Positions 44,556 to 54,810 are shown, counted from the stretch's first letter. The stretch: 64,000 nt of DNA from an uncultured Gammaproteobacteria bacterium (GCA_963822255.1 CAWGGV010000009.1:236269-300268), one strand, 5' to 3'. Notes: generated by a model not told the origin, from the letters alone. Numbers and translations: made by a program.

Positions 44556-45637
44556 TAGAAGCGCTGCACGCGGGCGTTGATCCGGCCGTCCGGTCGGGTC
44601 GGATCGTCCGCCACCGCCACCAGGGTCTTGCCGAAGTTGCCGCCCTGCAGCATGGCCGCGAACGCCTCGGGCGCGGACTCGAGCCCTGGCCACACGTCTT
44701 CCTGATAGTGGACCAGGCCATCCCGCAGCCAGCCGGCCATCTCGGCGAGAAAGCGCTGCTGGTAGTCGGCGACGAAGTTCCCGACGAACAGGGTCTGCGG
44801 CGTGATCCCGAGCCGATCGAAGTAAGGCCTGCCGGTCTCCATCCACACCTCTGCGGCGTTCCGGCCATCGGTGTTGCCGTACTGGGAGATCATGCCGCAG
44901 ATGGAGATCCGGGCGCGCCGGTTCAACAACGGCAGCACCGCCTGGTAGACGGCGCCGCCGACACTCTCGAAATAGACGTCGACACCGTCGGGACAGGCGG
45001 CGGCGAGCTGATCGGGAAAGTCCTCGGCCAGGTGCGACACCGCCGCGTCGACGCCGAGCTCGCGGCGGATGTAGTCGCACTTCGCCGCCGTGCTGGTGAC
45101 CCCCACCACCCGACAGCCCTTCAGGCGCGCGAGCTGGCCGACCACCTGGCCCACGCCACCGGACGCGGCCGAGACCACCACGGTCTCGCCCGGCTGCGGA
45201 TCGCACTGAACCAGGAGCCCCGAATACGCCGTCAGCCCGAGCATGCCCAGCACGCCGACCGCCGCCGATATGGGTGCCAGCGACGGGTCGAGCTTGCGCG
45301 GAAACATGTAGCCGAACGGATCGATGCCCTCGCCGGTGAGGCCGAAGCGCTGCCAGCCGAGGGTGGCGAACAGAAAGTCGCCCTCCGCGTAGTCAGCGCG
45401 GCGGCTGGCGACGATCTGGCCCACGGCGCGGCCGTGGCAGACGTCGCCCGGACGCTCGACGCCGCGGCGGCGGCGGCCCCACTGATAGGGATCGAGGGAA
45501 AGGTAGAGGGTGCGGGCGAGCGCCTGGCCGGAGCCCGGCTCTGCAGCAGGCTCGGTGTGCCAGGCGAAGTCTTCCGGCTGGGGCCAGCCCGCCGGCGGCG
45601 TGCGGCCGAGCCGCCACTGATCGTTGCTCTCGGTCAT
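44552..45637 (-). CDS. NADP-dependent oxidoreductase, MDR superfamily (alkenal/one reductase-like)
   Basis: Nucleotide-binding motif AASGGVGQVVGQLARLKG. Confidence 0.8.
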   Translation of the reverse strand: MTESNDQWRLGRTPPAGWPQPEDFAWHTEPAAEPGSGQALARTLYLSLDPYQWGRRRRGVERPGDVCHGRAVGQIVASRRADYAEGDFLFATLGWQRFGLTGEGIDPFGYMFPRKLDPSLAPISAAVGVLGMLGLTAYSGLLVQCDPQPGETVVVSAASGGVGQVVGQLARLKGCRVVGVTSTAAKCDYIRRELGVDAAVSHLAEDFPDQLAAACPDGVDVYFESVGGAVYQAVLPLLNRRARISICGMISQYGNTDGRNAAEVWMETGRPYFDRLGITPQTLFVGNFVADYQQRFLAEMAGWLRDGLVHYQEDVWPGLESAPEAFAAMLQGGNFGKTLVAVADDPTRPDGRINARVQRFY

Positions 45638-46635
45638 TCCGCCACCCGCACGATCCGGGTACCGACGTTGCCGCCGGCGAGCAAATCGACGAACGCGGCC
45701 GGCGCCTGCTCGAGATCCTGGAATTCGTCGAGCCACGGCCGCAACCGACCCTCGTCAACCCACGTCTTCATCTGCGCCCGGGCTTCGGCATAGCGGTCGG
45801 CGTAGTCGAACACCAGGAAGCCTTCCATCCGCACTCGGTTGTTCACCAGCAGCCCCGGCACCCCGCGCGGACCGGGGGCCGGGTCCGCGGTGTCGTACTG
45901 GGAAACCACACCGCAGCAGACGATGCGGCCGTGGGGCCGCATGCGCCGCAGCGCGGTGCCGAGAATGTCGCCGCCGGTGTTGTCGAAGTAGACGTCGATG
46001 CCGCCGCCGCTGGCCGCCTTGAAGGCGTCGCGGAAGCCGGGGTCGCGGTGATTGACCGCGGCATCGAATCCCAGCTCGCCGGTGAGCCGCCCGCACTTGG
46101 CGTCGCTGCCGGTCACGCCCACCGTCCGGCAGCCGGCGATCTTCGCCATCTGCCCCACCAGATGCCCAACCGACCCCGCCGCCGCCGAGACTGCCACCGT
46201 CTCGCCGGCCTGCGGCCTGCCCACCTCGAACAAGCCGAAGTACGCGGTCAGGCCATTGGTCCCGTAGACGCCCAGATGGTGAGCGGGGTCGCCGCCGGGC
46301 TCGACCACCGTGACCCGGTCTCCCGCGTGCACCGAATAGTCCTGCCAGCCGGCGGGACAGACCACCAGGGTTCCCGGTGCGATATCGGCGACGCGGGAGG
46401 CTTCCACCCGCGCCACCGCAGTGCCGCCCATGACGACACCCGTCTTCGGCGCTCCGGCATAGCTGGCACTGCCCTGCAGCCCGGCCCGCTGGCCGGCGCC
46501 GATGGTCAGCACCAGGGTCCGGCAGAGCACCTCACCCTCGCCCGGGTCAGCGGCCTCGGTGGTGCGAAGCTCGAAGTCCTCCGCCTTCAGCTGCCCGGTG
46601 GGCAGCGCGGCGACGACGATCTGGCGGTTGTCCAT
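45634..46635 (-). CDS. NADP-dependent oxidoreductase, MDR superfamily (tandem paralogue)
   Basis: AAAGSVGHLVGQMAKIAG motif. Its stop overlaps the downstream paralogue's ATG (ATGA on the minus strand). Confidence 0.8.
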   Translation of the reverse strand: MDNRQIVVAALPTGQLKAEDFELRTTEAADPGEGEVLCRTLVLTIGAGQRAGLQGSASYAGAPKTGVVMGGTAVARVEASRVADIAPGTLVVCPAGWQDYSVHAGDRVTVVEPGGDPAHHLGVYGTNGLTAYFGLFEVGRPQAGETVAVSAAAGSVGHLVGQMAKIAGCRTVGVTGSDAKCGRLTGELGFDAAVNHRDPGFRDAFKAASGGGIDVYFDNTGGDILGTALRRMRPHGRIVCCGVVSQYDTADPAPGPRGVPGLLVNNRVRMEGFLVFDYADRYAEARAQMKTWVDEGRLRPWLDEFQDLEQAPAAFVDLLAGGNVGTRIVRVAE

Positions 46636-46711
46636 GAGATTCCCCCTCCGCGATCTGAATACCCTGCCGAGGCTAACCGGTCCGAGGCGTCGCGTCATCG
46701 CCTCGAGTCTG

Positions 46712-47578
46712 TCAGGGGGCGATCGCCCGGGCGATGCTGAATGCGTCCGCCGGGTCGTCCCGGACCTCGATCGCCAGGCGCGCAAACAGCCACAGGCGCA
46801 CGCGCTCGGCGTCGACGCCGAGAAGCGCGGCGAAGCGGCCAAGGGTCGGCAGCGGCGCCGCTTTCAGCCGGTTCATGCAGTTCAGCAGATGCTGCGTGGC
46901 GTCGTAGGCGGGGTCGCCGAGAAACGGCTTCGGGTCGATGACGAGCCAAGGCTCCCGCTCGGCGGCGAGCACGTTGCCGGCGTGCAGGTCGGTCGCCAGC
47001 AGCACCTCGTCGGCGGCGCTTCCCGGCAACGTCTCCATCAACTCGAGCCCGGCCTGGTGCAGGCCGGGGTCCGGCCAGCGCACCGCAGCGGCGCGGGATC
47101 CGGCGGCCCAGTGCGCGGCCATCGTCGCCAGCGGGCGGAACGATGAGCCCGGCGGCGGCGGCCGCCACAGGCGCCGGAGCAGCCGGGCAATGACGACATC
47201 CTGCTCCGTCTCGGGAAGTGCCCGCAGATTGCCGCCGGGCCGGCAACGCTCGAGCAGCATGGCGTGGAGCGTATGGTCGGCCTCCAGCAGCCGCACCGCA
47301 GGATCGCCGGCCCAGAATTCGAGCCCGGCAATCTCGTCGGCCGCTTCCATGTGGGGAAGCGCGAGCTTCAGCACCGCGGCGCTGCCGTCCGCGCCGACGG
47401 CCGGCGCTACCCAGGCACAGCTCGCGCCGGTTTCGAACGGTGCTTCCAGAGTCAGTCGCCAGCGGCCGGACAAGGCGTCTACCAGGCCAGGCAGGCGCGC
47501 GAGCCATTCCCGGCCCGCCGCCGTGCGGCGGCCGTTGGCGGCGACCGCGGCCGGGATATACAGGCCGCTCGGCGTCAT
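46712..47578 (-). CDS. aminoglycoside/phosphotransferase (APH) family kinase-like protein
   Basis: APH-like motifs LATDLHAGNVL (catalytic loop) and VIDPKPFLGDPAYD. Confidence 0.65.
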   Translation of the reverse strand: MTPSGLYIPAAVAANGRRTAAGREWLARLPGLVDALSGRWRLTLEAPFETGASCAWVAPAVGADGSAAVLKLALPHMEAADEIAGLEFWAGDPAVRLLEADHTLHAMLLERCRPGGNLRALPETEQDVVIARLLRRLWRPPPPGSSFRPLATMAAHWAAGSRAAAVRWPDPGLHQAGLELMETLPGSAADEVLLATDLHAGNVLAAEREPWLVIDPKPFLGDPAYDATQHLLNCMNRLKAAPLPTLGRFAALLGVDAERVRLWLFARLAIEVRDDPADAFSIARAIAP

Positions 47579-47679
47579 CGGAACCCGTTCATAGGCGATT
47601 GCGGATCGATTCTCACACGCAGACAAGGTGATGAAAATGGCGCTACAGTGCCCACTCCAAGAACACCGGGGGCAGCACC

Positions 47680-48429
47680 ATGGTCAGATCTCGATTGCTT
47701 CTTGCGGCTTCGCTGTGCGTCGTCGCCGCCGGGGCGGGTGCCGCCGCCCAGCTGGCCGGGGATCTGCGGACGGCCCTGGACAACCCTGGCCGCCCCGAGG
47801 CCGACAAGGCCCGCGACGAAGGCCGCAAGCCCGCCGACGTCATCGCCTTTCTCGGCTTCGGGAAGGGCGACACCGTAATGGACATGATTGCCTCCGGCGG
47901 CTACTACACCGAGGTGCTGTCGAATACGGTGGGCCCCCAGGGTAAGGTCTACGCGCAGAATCCTCCCTTCATCCTGAAGTACAACGACGGCGTCTACGAC
48001 AAGGCCCTGACCGAGCGGCTCGCCAACGGCCGGCTCGGCAACGTGCAGCGGGTCGACGCCGACTTCGCCGACATCGACCTGCCGCCGGGGAGCCTGGATG
48101 GCGCCATCACGGCGCTGAACTTCCACGACGTGTACAACGACGACCCGAACGCGGCGACCGCCATGCTGAAGGCCATGTACGGATTACTGAAACCCGGCGG
48201 CGTGCTGGGCCTGATCGACCACGTGGGGCTCCAGGGCGCCGACAACGCGTCCCTTCACCGGGTGCCGAAGCAGCGCGCCATCGACGCAGCGAAGGCTGCC
48301 GGATTCGAGGTTGTGGGCGAGAGCGATCTGCTGGCGAACCCCGGCGACGACCACACCCGCATGGTGTTCGCGCCGGGGCTGCGCGGGCACACCGACCGAT
48401 TTCTGCTGAAGCTCAGAAAACCGAGCTGA
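47680..48429 (+). CDS. class I SAM-dependent methyltransferase with an N-terminal signal peptide
   Basis: Signal peptide MVRSRLLLAASLCVVAAGAGAAA. Motif I-like DMIASGGYYTE and post-I LKPGGVLGLID. Confidence 0.65.
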   Translation: MVRSRLLLAASLCVVAAGAGAAAQLAGDLRTALDNPGRPEADKARDEGRKPADVIAFLGFGKGDTVMDMIASGGYYTEVLSNTVGPQGKVYAQNPPFILKYNDGVYDKALTERLANGRLGNVQRVDADFADIDLPPGSLDGAITALNFHDVYNDDPNAATAMLKAMYGLLKPGGVLGLIDHVGLQGADNASLHRVPKQRAIDAAKAAGFEVVGESDLLANPGDDHTRMVFAPGLRGHTDRFLLKLRKPS

Positions 48430-48457
48430 GGTCAGGCGGCGGCCGCTCGGCGGCCGC

Positions 48458-49540
48458 TCAAACCTGGCCGACCAGGTCGCGACCCACCCGCTCCAGCACG
48501 TCGTAGCGGGTGTCGAAGCTCGGCAGGATCATCACCTGATCGAGCCCGGCAGCGGACAACTCCTCGAGCCGCGAAAGCAGCGCATCGCGGGTGCCGATCA
48601 TGCTGCTGGCCTGCAGCACGGCCGGGGTGAGAAAGCGCTCCTCCTCCGGCAGCACCCAGCAGTTGTGGCCGGCGTGGATGCGCTGGTGGCGGCGTTCGGC
48701 CGGATAGCTTTCGAGCAGAGCGCAGTAGTCGTCCCAGATCTCCCGGTACACGCCCGGAGGCTGATGGCCGAAGTTGCGCCACTGATCATAGGCGTAGTGC
48801 ACGGCCGCCATGGCCATGGCGCCGCACTGGGACTTGACCCGGTCCGAATCCACCGCCTCCCCCTGGTCCTGCACGACGATGGTGGTGAGCGCCGTGGTGT
48901 AGAACCGTGAGCGGTCGATCACCCGGCCGCCCGCCCGCGCGCCCTCCTCGATCCAGTGCCAGCACTGCTCCATCATGCCGGCGTTGCCCGGCAGCGCCAG
49001 CACCGCGCCGTCACCATGCTTGCCGGCCAGACGCAGCGAGCGCGGGCCGAAGCCGGAAACGTAGAGCGGAATCCGGTCGGCAAAATTGACGAACCCCTTG
49101 TCCGACATGACGTGGCGAATGGGCGCGGGGCCGTCGGCTCCTGTCGTCAGCGGATCCATCTCCGCCTCTTCGCCGCGCAGCAGCGGCGCCAGGATCGTCA
49201 GGTAGTGGTCGAACTCGCGGATCCGGTGGGGCGGCTGGCCCATCACCCGCATGGCCGTGTTGCCGGCGCCGACACCGAGAAAGGTCCGGCCCGGCGCCAG
49301 CACGTTGATGGTGGCGATGCTCGCTGCCGTCACCGGCGGCGGACGGATGCCGGATACGGCGACCCCGGTGCCGAGGCGGATGCGTTCGGTGCGGTCGGCC
49401 GCCAGCGCAAGGGTGGCGTAACAGTCGGACCACAGCATCTGGCTGTCGGCGAGCCAGGCGTGGGAATAACCGAGCGCTTCCGCGCGCACCAGGTAGTCGA
49501 CGTCACCGATGTGGGACGCCACGCAGACACCGATGTCCAT
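48458..49540 (-). CDS. luciferase-like (LLM class) flavin/F420-dependent oxidoreductase
   Basis: MDIGVCVASHIGDVDYLVRAEALGYSHAWLADS... is an LLM TIM-barrel N-terminus. Confidence 0.8.
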   Translation of the reverse strand: MDIGVCVASHIGDVDYLVRAEALGYSHAWLADSQMLWSDCYATLALAADRTERIRLGTGVAVSGIRPPPVTAASIATINVLAPGRTFLGVGAGNTAMRVMGQPPHRIREFDHYLTILAPLLRGEEAEMDPLTTGADGPAPIRHVMSDKGFVNFADRIPLYVSGFGPRSLRLAGKHGDGAVLALPGNAGMMEQCWHWIEEGARAGGRVIDRSRFYTTALTTIVVQDQGEAVDSDRVKSQCGAMAMAAVHYAYDQWRNFGHQPPGVYREIWDDYCALLESYPAERRHQRIHAGHNCWVLPEEERFLTPAVLQASSMIGTRDALLSRLEELSAAGLDQVMILPSFDTRYDVLERVGRDLVGQV

Positions 49541-49758
49541 GATCGTTCTCGCTGTTCTTCGCAGCGTCCGATGGTAAAGGGCTGCGAAGGCAACGTCTCG
49601 ATCTTCCACCGCAGCCTCGAGCCGTCACGTCCACCTCACCACCGCAGTCCGTCGCGAGCGGCGATCGACGTCGCCACCGCGAACCTCGTATGCTCGGCGG
49701 TTTACCGGTCACGCCTCACCGGCGGTGGCCGACGCGCAGCGGGAGAGGAGAGAGCGCC

Positions 49759-52700
49759 ATGCTACGACGAGTCCTGATCAGCAACCGCGGCGAGATCGCC
49801 ATCCGCATCGCCCGGGCCGCGGCGTCCCTCGGTGTGGACTCCGTCGCCGTGTACGCGCCCGCGGACGCCGATTCCCTCCACACCCGCATCGCCGGTCAGG
49901 CCAGGGAGATCCCCGCCGCGGGCGATCCCGTGCGCGCCTACCTGGACGTCGACGCCGTCATCGCCGCGGCAACTGGCAGCGGCTGCGACTGCGTGCATCC
50001 GGGCTACGGGTTTCTCGCCGAGAACGCCGAGTTCGCCGCGCGGTGCGCGACCGCCGGCCTCACCTTCATCGGCCCGCCGCCGCCCGTGCTCGCCCTGTTC
50101 GGCGACAAGGTGCGCGCCCGCAGCCTGGCGCGGTCATTGGACATTCCGGTGGTGCCGGGCAGCCCGGAGCCGCTCGAGTCGGCGGAGCAGGCGCTCGCTG
50201 CGGCGGAGCGGATCGGCTATCCGGTCATGCTGAAGGCCGCCGCCGGCGGCGGCGGCCGGGGCATGCGGCGGGTGACGAGCCGCGACGGTATGGCCGAGGC
50301 TTTCGCCCGCTGCCGGAGCGAGGCCGAGGCCGCCTTCGGCGACGGTTCGCTGTTTCTCGAGCGTCTGCTGGAACGGCCACGCCACATCGAGGTGCAGGTG
50401 CTGGCGGACGCCGGCGGGCAAGTGGTTCACCTCTACGAACGGGACTGCTCGGTGCAGCGCCGCCATCAGAAGGTGCTGGAGATCGCGCCGGCGCCCGGGC
50501 TCGACGAGACGCTGCGGCAACGCATTCTGAGCGATGCGGTGCGGCTGGTGCGCGACGCCGGCTACGTCAACGCCGGCACCGTCGAGTTCCTGGTGGCGCC
50601 GGAGACGGCCGAGCACTACTTCATCGAGTGCAACCCGCGCATCCAGGTGGAGCACACGGTGACCGAGCAGGTGACGGGCATCGATCTGGTGGAAGCCCAA
50701 TTTCACATCGCCGCCGGCGCCTCGCTGGCGGATCTCGGCCTGGCCGATCAGGACGCCGTCGCCGCGCCGCGTCGCTATTCGGTGCAGGCCCGGGTCGTGG
50801 CCCAGGGCGCGGGGACCCTGCGCGGCTACAAGGAGCCTTCCGGTCCCGGCGTGCGGGTGGATTCCTGCGGCTATCCGGGCTACACGCCGCCGCCGCAGTT
50901 CGATCCGCTGTTCGCGAAGGTCGTCGGCACCTCCAGCACGCTGGCCCAGCGCTCCCCCGACGACACATCGCGCCAGGCCGCCTACGTCGCGGCGCTCGAC
51001 CGGACGCTCCGCGCGCTGGAGGAATTTCACGTGGCCGGGATTCCCAACAATCTTGCGGAGCTGCGCGCGATCCTCAGGCATCCGGCCGTGCGGCAGGGCG
51101 ACGCCCGCGTGACCCTGCTCGACGACGCGCAGCTCCCCGGCGCTACCACGGCAGCCGGCAGCGGCGCGCTGGAGCTGCTGGAACGCTCGGCCGCCGGCGG
51201 TTCGAGCGGCGTAGGCCGCGCGGCGGAGCGCGCCTCTGCCGCACCGTCGGCGCCGAGCCTCGCGGTCGAGCCGGGCCAGCAGCCGGTCGCCTGCCCGATG
51301 GACGGTCATGTGGTGGAAGTGAGCGCCGCCGAGGGCGACACGGTGGCGGCCGGCGATGCGATCGTGGTCATCAGTGCCATGAAGATGGAAACCGTGCTCA
51401 CGGCGCCGTGCGCGGGAACGGTCGCGGCGCTGCAGGCGCTCGCGCCGGGCGCCACCGTCACGGCGGATCAGGTGGTGGCGGTGATCGCGCCGGGGGCAGA
51501 TGGCGAGGAGTCGCGACCGGGAGGTCGCTCCCACAGTGGCGACGGTGGCTCCCACAGTGGCTCTCACAGCGCAGCGGGCTGGGACGACGTGCTGGACGAG
51601 ATCCGCAGCCTGCAGAAGCTGGCGCACCTGCGCTTCGCGGCGGATTCCAACGACTCCGGCGTGGTGCGCCAGCGTAGCCGGGGCAAGCTCACCTGCCGGG
51701 AACGCATCGACGCCCTGCTGGACGAGGGATCGTTCCGGGAGGTGGGCAGTGCCGCCGGCTTCGCCTCTTACGACGAGCACGGAAAGGTGTCGGATTTCAC
51801 CCCCGCCAATCACATCGGCGGCTGGGGCAGCATCGCCGCCCGCACGGCGGTGGTGTGCGCCGACGACTTCACCTCCCGAGGTGGCCACGCGGACGGCGCC
51901 ATCGGCCAGAAGAGCCGCTACCTGGATCAGCTCTCGCTGGAGCTGAAGGTGCCTTCCCTGCGGCTGCTCGACGGCTCGTCCGGCGGCGGCAGCGTCGCCG
52001 CCATGGTGCCCGAGCAGAAGCGTCAGGGAGAGAGCCGCGCCCAGGAATCCAGCGGCCACATCACTGCCGGGCGCCCCCGGGTCGCCGGCACGGGCGGCTC
52101 GTTCCTGCCCGGCCACCTGGGCAGCACCCTCTATGCCGAGCAGCTCACCACCGTCCCGGTGGTGAACCTGCTGCTCGGCAGCGTGGTGGGCATCGGCGCT
52201 GCCAAGGCCGTGCTCGGTCACTTCTCCGTGATGGTGCGCGACATCGCGCAACTGTTCGTCGCCGGACCGCCGGTGGTCAGCCACGCCATGGGCTACGACA
52301 TCACCAAGGAGGACCTCGGCGGCTGGCACATCCACTGCCGGAACGGCGCCGTCGACAACCTGGCCGAGACCGAGCAGGACGCCTTCCAGCAGGCACGGCG
52401 GTTCCTCTCCTATCTGCCGTCGTCGGTCTACGAGGCTCCGCCCGTCCTGGCGCCTGATCCGGACGATCCCGCGGGCCGCCGGGACGAGGAGCTGTCGACC
52501 CTGATTCCGCGCAAGCGCACCACCACCTTCGACATGCGCCGCGCCATCACCCTGATGGCGGACGCCGGCTCCTTCTTCGAGATCGGCCCGCTGTGGGGTA
52601 CCGATCAGATCACCGGGTTCGTGCGCATGAACGGCCACGCCCTCGGAGTGATCGCCTCCGACAGCCGCCATCCCAACGGCGGTGCGCTCACCGCCGACGG

Positions 52701-53238
52701 CTGTAGAAAGCTGACGCGGCATCTCGATCTGTGCGATCTGTTTCACATCCCCCTCCTCAACCTCGTCGACAACCCCGGGTTCGCCGTGGGCGTCGAGCAC
52801 GAGCAGAGCGGCACCATCCGCGCCGGCGGCGAGTGGATGATCGCGTTCGCCCAGACCGTGGTGCCGATCTTCACGGTGATCGTGCGCCGCAGCTTCGGGG
52901 TGGCAGGCAACAACTACGCGACGCCGCGGGCGGCGCCGTCGGTGCGGGTGGTGTGGCCGGCCGCCGACGTGGGCGGCATTCCGCCGGAAGGCGGCATCGA
53001 AGCGGCCTATCGCCGCCAGCTCGCGGAGGCCGAGGACCCGGAGGCGCTGCGCGCCGAGCTGATGGCACGCATCGAGAGCGCCCGGGGGCCCACGGGTCCG
53101 CTGTCGAAGTTCCAGATGGAAGAGATGATCGACCCGCGGGACACGCGGCGCCTGGTCTGTGAGTGGGTCGACACGGCCTACCGGATCGTCGGCCAGCCCG
53201 GGCGGCTCGGGCCCAGAGCCATTCAGTTCAGACCATAG
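49759..53238 (+). CDS. single-chain multi-domain biotin-dependent acyl-CoA carboxylase (biotin carboxylase + BCCP + carboxyltransferase)
   Basis: BC ATP-grasp (RVLISNRGEIAIR...GYPVMLKAAAGGGGRGM), biotinyl-lysine motif ISAMKMET, then a carboxyltransferase beta/alpha crotonase-like region. Ribosome-binding site GGGAGAGGAG. An in-frame REP-derived segment sits in the BCCP–CT linker. Confidence 0.85.
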   Translation: MLRRVLISNRGEIAIRIARAAASLGVDSVAVYAPADADSLHTRIAGQAREIPAAGDPVRAYLDVDAVIAAATGSGCDCVHPGYGFLAENAEFAARCATAGLTFIGPPPPVLALFGDKVRARSLARSLDIPVVPGSPEPLESAEQALAAAERIGYPVMLKAAAGGGGRGMRRVTSRDGMAEAFARCRSEAEAAFGDGSLFLERLLERPRHIEVQVLADAGGQVVHLYERDCSVQRRHQKVLEIAPAPGLDETLRQRILSDAVRLVRDAGYVNAGTVEFLVAPETAEHYFIECNPRIQVEHTVTEQVTGIDLVEAQFHIAAGASLADLGLADQDAVAAPRRYSVQARVVAQGAGTLRGYKEPSGPGVRVDSCGYPGYTPPPQFDPLFAKVVGTSSTLAQRSPDDTSRQAAYVAALDRTLRALEEFHVAGIPNNLAELRAILRHPAVRQGDARVTLLDDAQLPGATTAAGSGALELLERSAAGGSSGVGRAAERASAAPSAPSLAVEPGQQPVACPMDGHVVEVSAAEGDTVAAGDAIVVISAMKMETVLTAPCAGTVAALQALAPGATVTADQVVAVIAPGADGEESRPGGRSHSGDGGSHSGSHSAAGWDDVLDEIRSLQKLAHLRFAADSNDSGVVRQRSRGKLTCRERIDALLDEGSFREVGSAAGFASYDEHGKVSDFTPANHIGGWGSIAARTAVVCADDFTSRGGHADGAIGQKSRYLDQLSLELKVPSLRLLDGSSGGGSVAAMVPEQKRQGESRAQESSGHITAGRPRVAGTGGSFLPGHLGSTLYAEQLTTVPVVNLLLGSVVGIGAAKAVLGHFSVMVRDIAQLFVAGPPVVSHAMGYDITKEDLGGWHIHCRNGAVDNLAETEQDAFQQARRFLSYLPSSVYEAPPVLAPDPDDPAGRRDEELSTLIPRKRTTTFDMRRAITLMADAGSFFEIGPLWGTDQITGFVRMNGHALGVIASDSRHPNGGALTADGCRKLTRHLDLCDLFHIPLLNLVDNPGFAVGVEHEQSGTIRAGGEWMIAFAQTVVPIFTVIVRRSFGVAGNNYATPRAAPSVRVVWPAADVGGIPPEGGIEAAYRRQLAEAEDPEALRAELMARIESARGPTGPLSKFQMEEMIDPRDTRRLVCEWVDTAYRIVGQPGRLGPRAIQFRP
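51511..51570. repeat. degenerate REP-like units embedded in-frame in the ACC linker (GACCGGGAGGTCGCTCCCACAGTGG...GCTCCCACAGTGG)
   Basis: Resembles the GGGAGGCCGCTCCCACA core. It is translated as [20 protein letters not shown]. Confidence 0.5.
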
Positions 53239-53322
53239 CCGGCTCCCGGGCCGGCGCCGCGGGCCTGCCGAGGCTCGGCGGCCGGCGCATGGTGTTGGCA
53301 CGCGGCGTGCGTCCCACACCGA

Positions 53323-54777
53323 ATGCGTGGAATGGCGAAGAAAGCTTGGCGGCGACTGATCAACGCCATGGGCGGGCCGGCCAGGGCACAGATCATCACG
53401 GTGCTCGCGGCGATCTTCGGCATCGACTCCGCCGACAAGGGCGCCGTGTCCGCGGTGTCGGACCAGCTCAAGCAGGTGTTCGACATCAGCAACCCGCAGA
53501 TCGGCCTGCTGCTGGCCGTCGTCTCGTTCGTCGGCGCCATCGTCACCTTGCCCATGGGCATCCTGGTCGACCGCACCCAGCGAAAGCGGCTGTTGCTGAT
53601 CACCATATCGCTGTGGGGGATCGCCATGGTGCTGAGCGGCACGGCCACGTCTTACACCTATCTGCTGGTCACGCGGCTCGCGCTCGGCGCGGTGATCGCG
53701 GCGGCCGCGCCGGCGGTAGCCTCCTTGACCGGCGACTTCTTCCCCGCCCGCGAACGCGCAGGCATCTACGGCATGATCCTGGCCGGCGAGCTGGTGGGCT
53801 CGGGGCTCGGCTTCCTGCTGGCCGGCGAAGCCTCCTCGCTGTTCGGCTGGCGCTCCGCCTTCTTCGTGCTGGCCGCGCTCAGCGTGGTGCTGCTGTGGGT
53901 GGTCTGGCGCTGGCTGCCGGAGCCGGAGCGCGGCACTCAGAAGTGGCTTCTCGCCGGGCAGACCGACACCCGCCTGCGCAGTCCGTCCGCGCAGGACGAC
54001 GCCAGTGAGGGCGACGAATCGGAATCGGGTGAGCGGCGGTCGATTCTTCAGCAGGCCAACGGGACACCCGAGCCGCGGCAGGAACGGGTGCTGCGGGAGG
54101 ACCCGACGCGGCAGAGCTGGTGGTGGGCCGTGCGCTACCTGGCGAAGATTCCCACCTACCTGCTGCTGATTCTGGCGTCGTCTCTCGCCTACTACTACTT
54201 CGCCGGCGTGCGCGCGTTCGGCATGATCTACTTCACCGAGCACTACCACCTCGCGCGCAGCATCATCAGCGCGCTGGTGATTCTGATCGGACTCGGCGCC
54301 TTGGTCGGCGTGGTGTCCGGCGGGCGGCTCGCCGAACGGCTGCTGGCGAGAGGCATGATCAGCGCGCGGATCGTGGTGCCGGGAGCCGCCCTGGCCATCT
54401 CGGTGGTGTTCTTCGCCTTCGGCGTCTGGGTCTCGAGCGCCATCGTCGGCGTCGCCCTGCTGACTGTGGGCGCCGCCGCGCTCGCGGCCGCCAACCCGTC
54501 CATCGATGCCGCTCGGCTCGACATCGTGCATCCGCGCCTGTGGGGGCGCGCCGAGTCCGGCCGCATGGCATTGCGTGCGACCCTCGAGGGCGCAGCGCCG
54601 CTGCTGTTCGGTTACGTGTCGCGCTGGTTCGGGGGCGGTGCCGAGGCGCTCAGCTGGACCTTTCTGATCATGCTGGCGGCGATGATCGTCGCCGCTCTGC
54701 TGGCGATTCCGGCACGCCGCACCTACCCCCGGGACGTCGCCACGGCCGCTGCGTCGATCGAGGCCAGCTCCGAGTGA
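53323..54777 (+). CDS. MFS transporter
   Basis: 12-TM MFS with a central hydrophilic loop. Start ambiguity between 53323 and 53332. Confidence 0.8.
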   Translation: MRGMAKKAWRRLINAMGGPARAQIITVLAAIFGIDSADKGAVSAVSDQLKQVFDISNPQIGLLLAVVSFVGAIVTLPMGILVDRTQRKRLLLITISLWGIAMVLSGTATSYTYLLVTRLALGAVIAAAAPAVASLTGDFFPARERAGIYGMILAGELVGSGLGFLLAGEASSLFGWRSAFFVLAALSVVLLWVVWRWLPEPERGTQKWLLAGQTDTRLRSPSAQDDASEGDESESGERRSILQQANGTPEPRQERVLREDPTRQSWWWAVRYLAKIPTYLLLILASSLAYYYFAGVRAFGMIYFTEHYHLARSIISALVILIGLGALVGVVSGGRLAERLLARGMISARIVVPGAALAISVVFFAFGVWVSSAIVGVALLTVGAAALAAANPSIDAARLDIVHPRLWGRAESGRMALRATLEGAAPLLFGYVSRWFGGGAEALSWTFLIMLAAMIVAALLAIPARRTYPRDVATAAASIEASSE

Positions 54778-54810
54778 TAGGATCGTCATCCCCGGGGGCA
54801 GAGTCCGATC

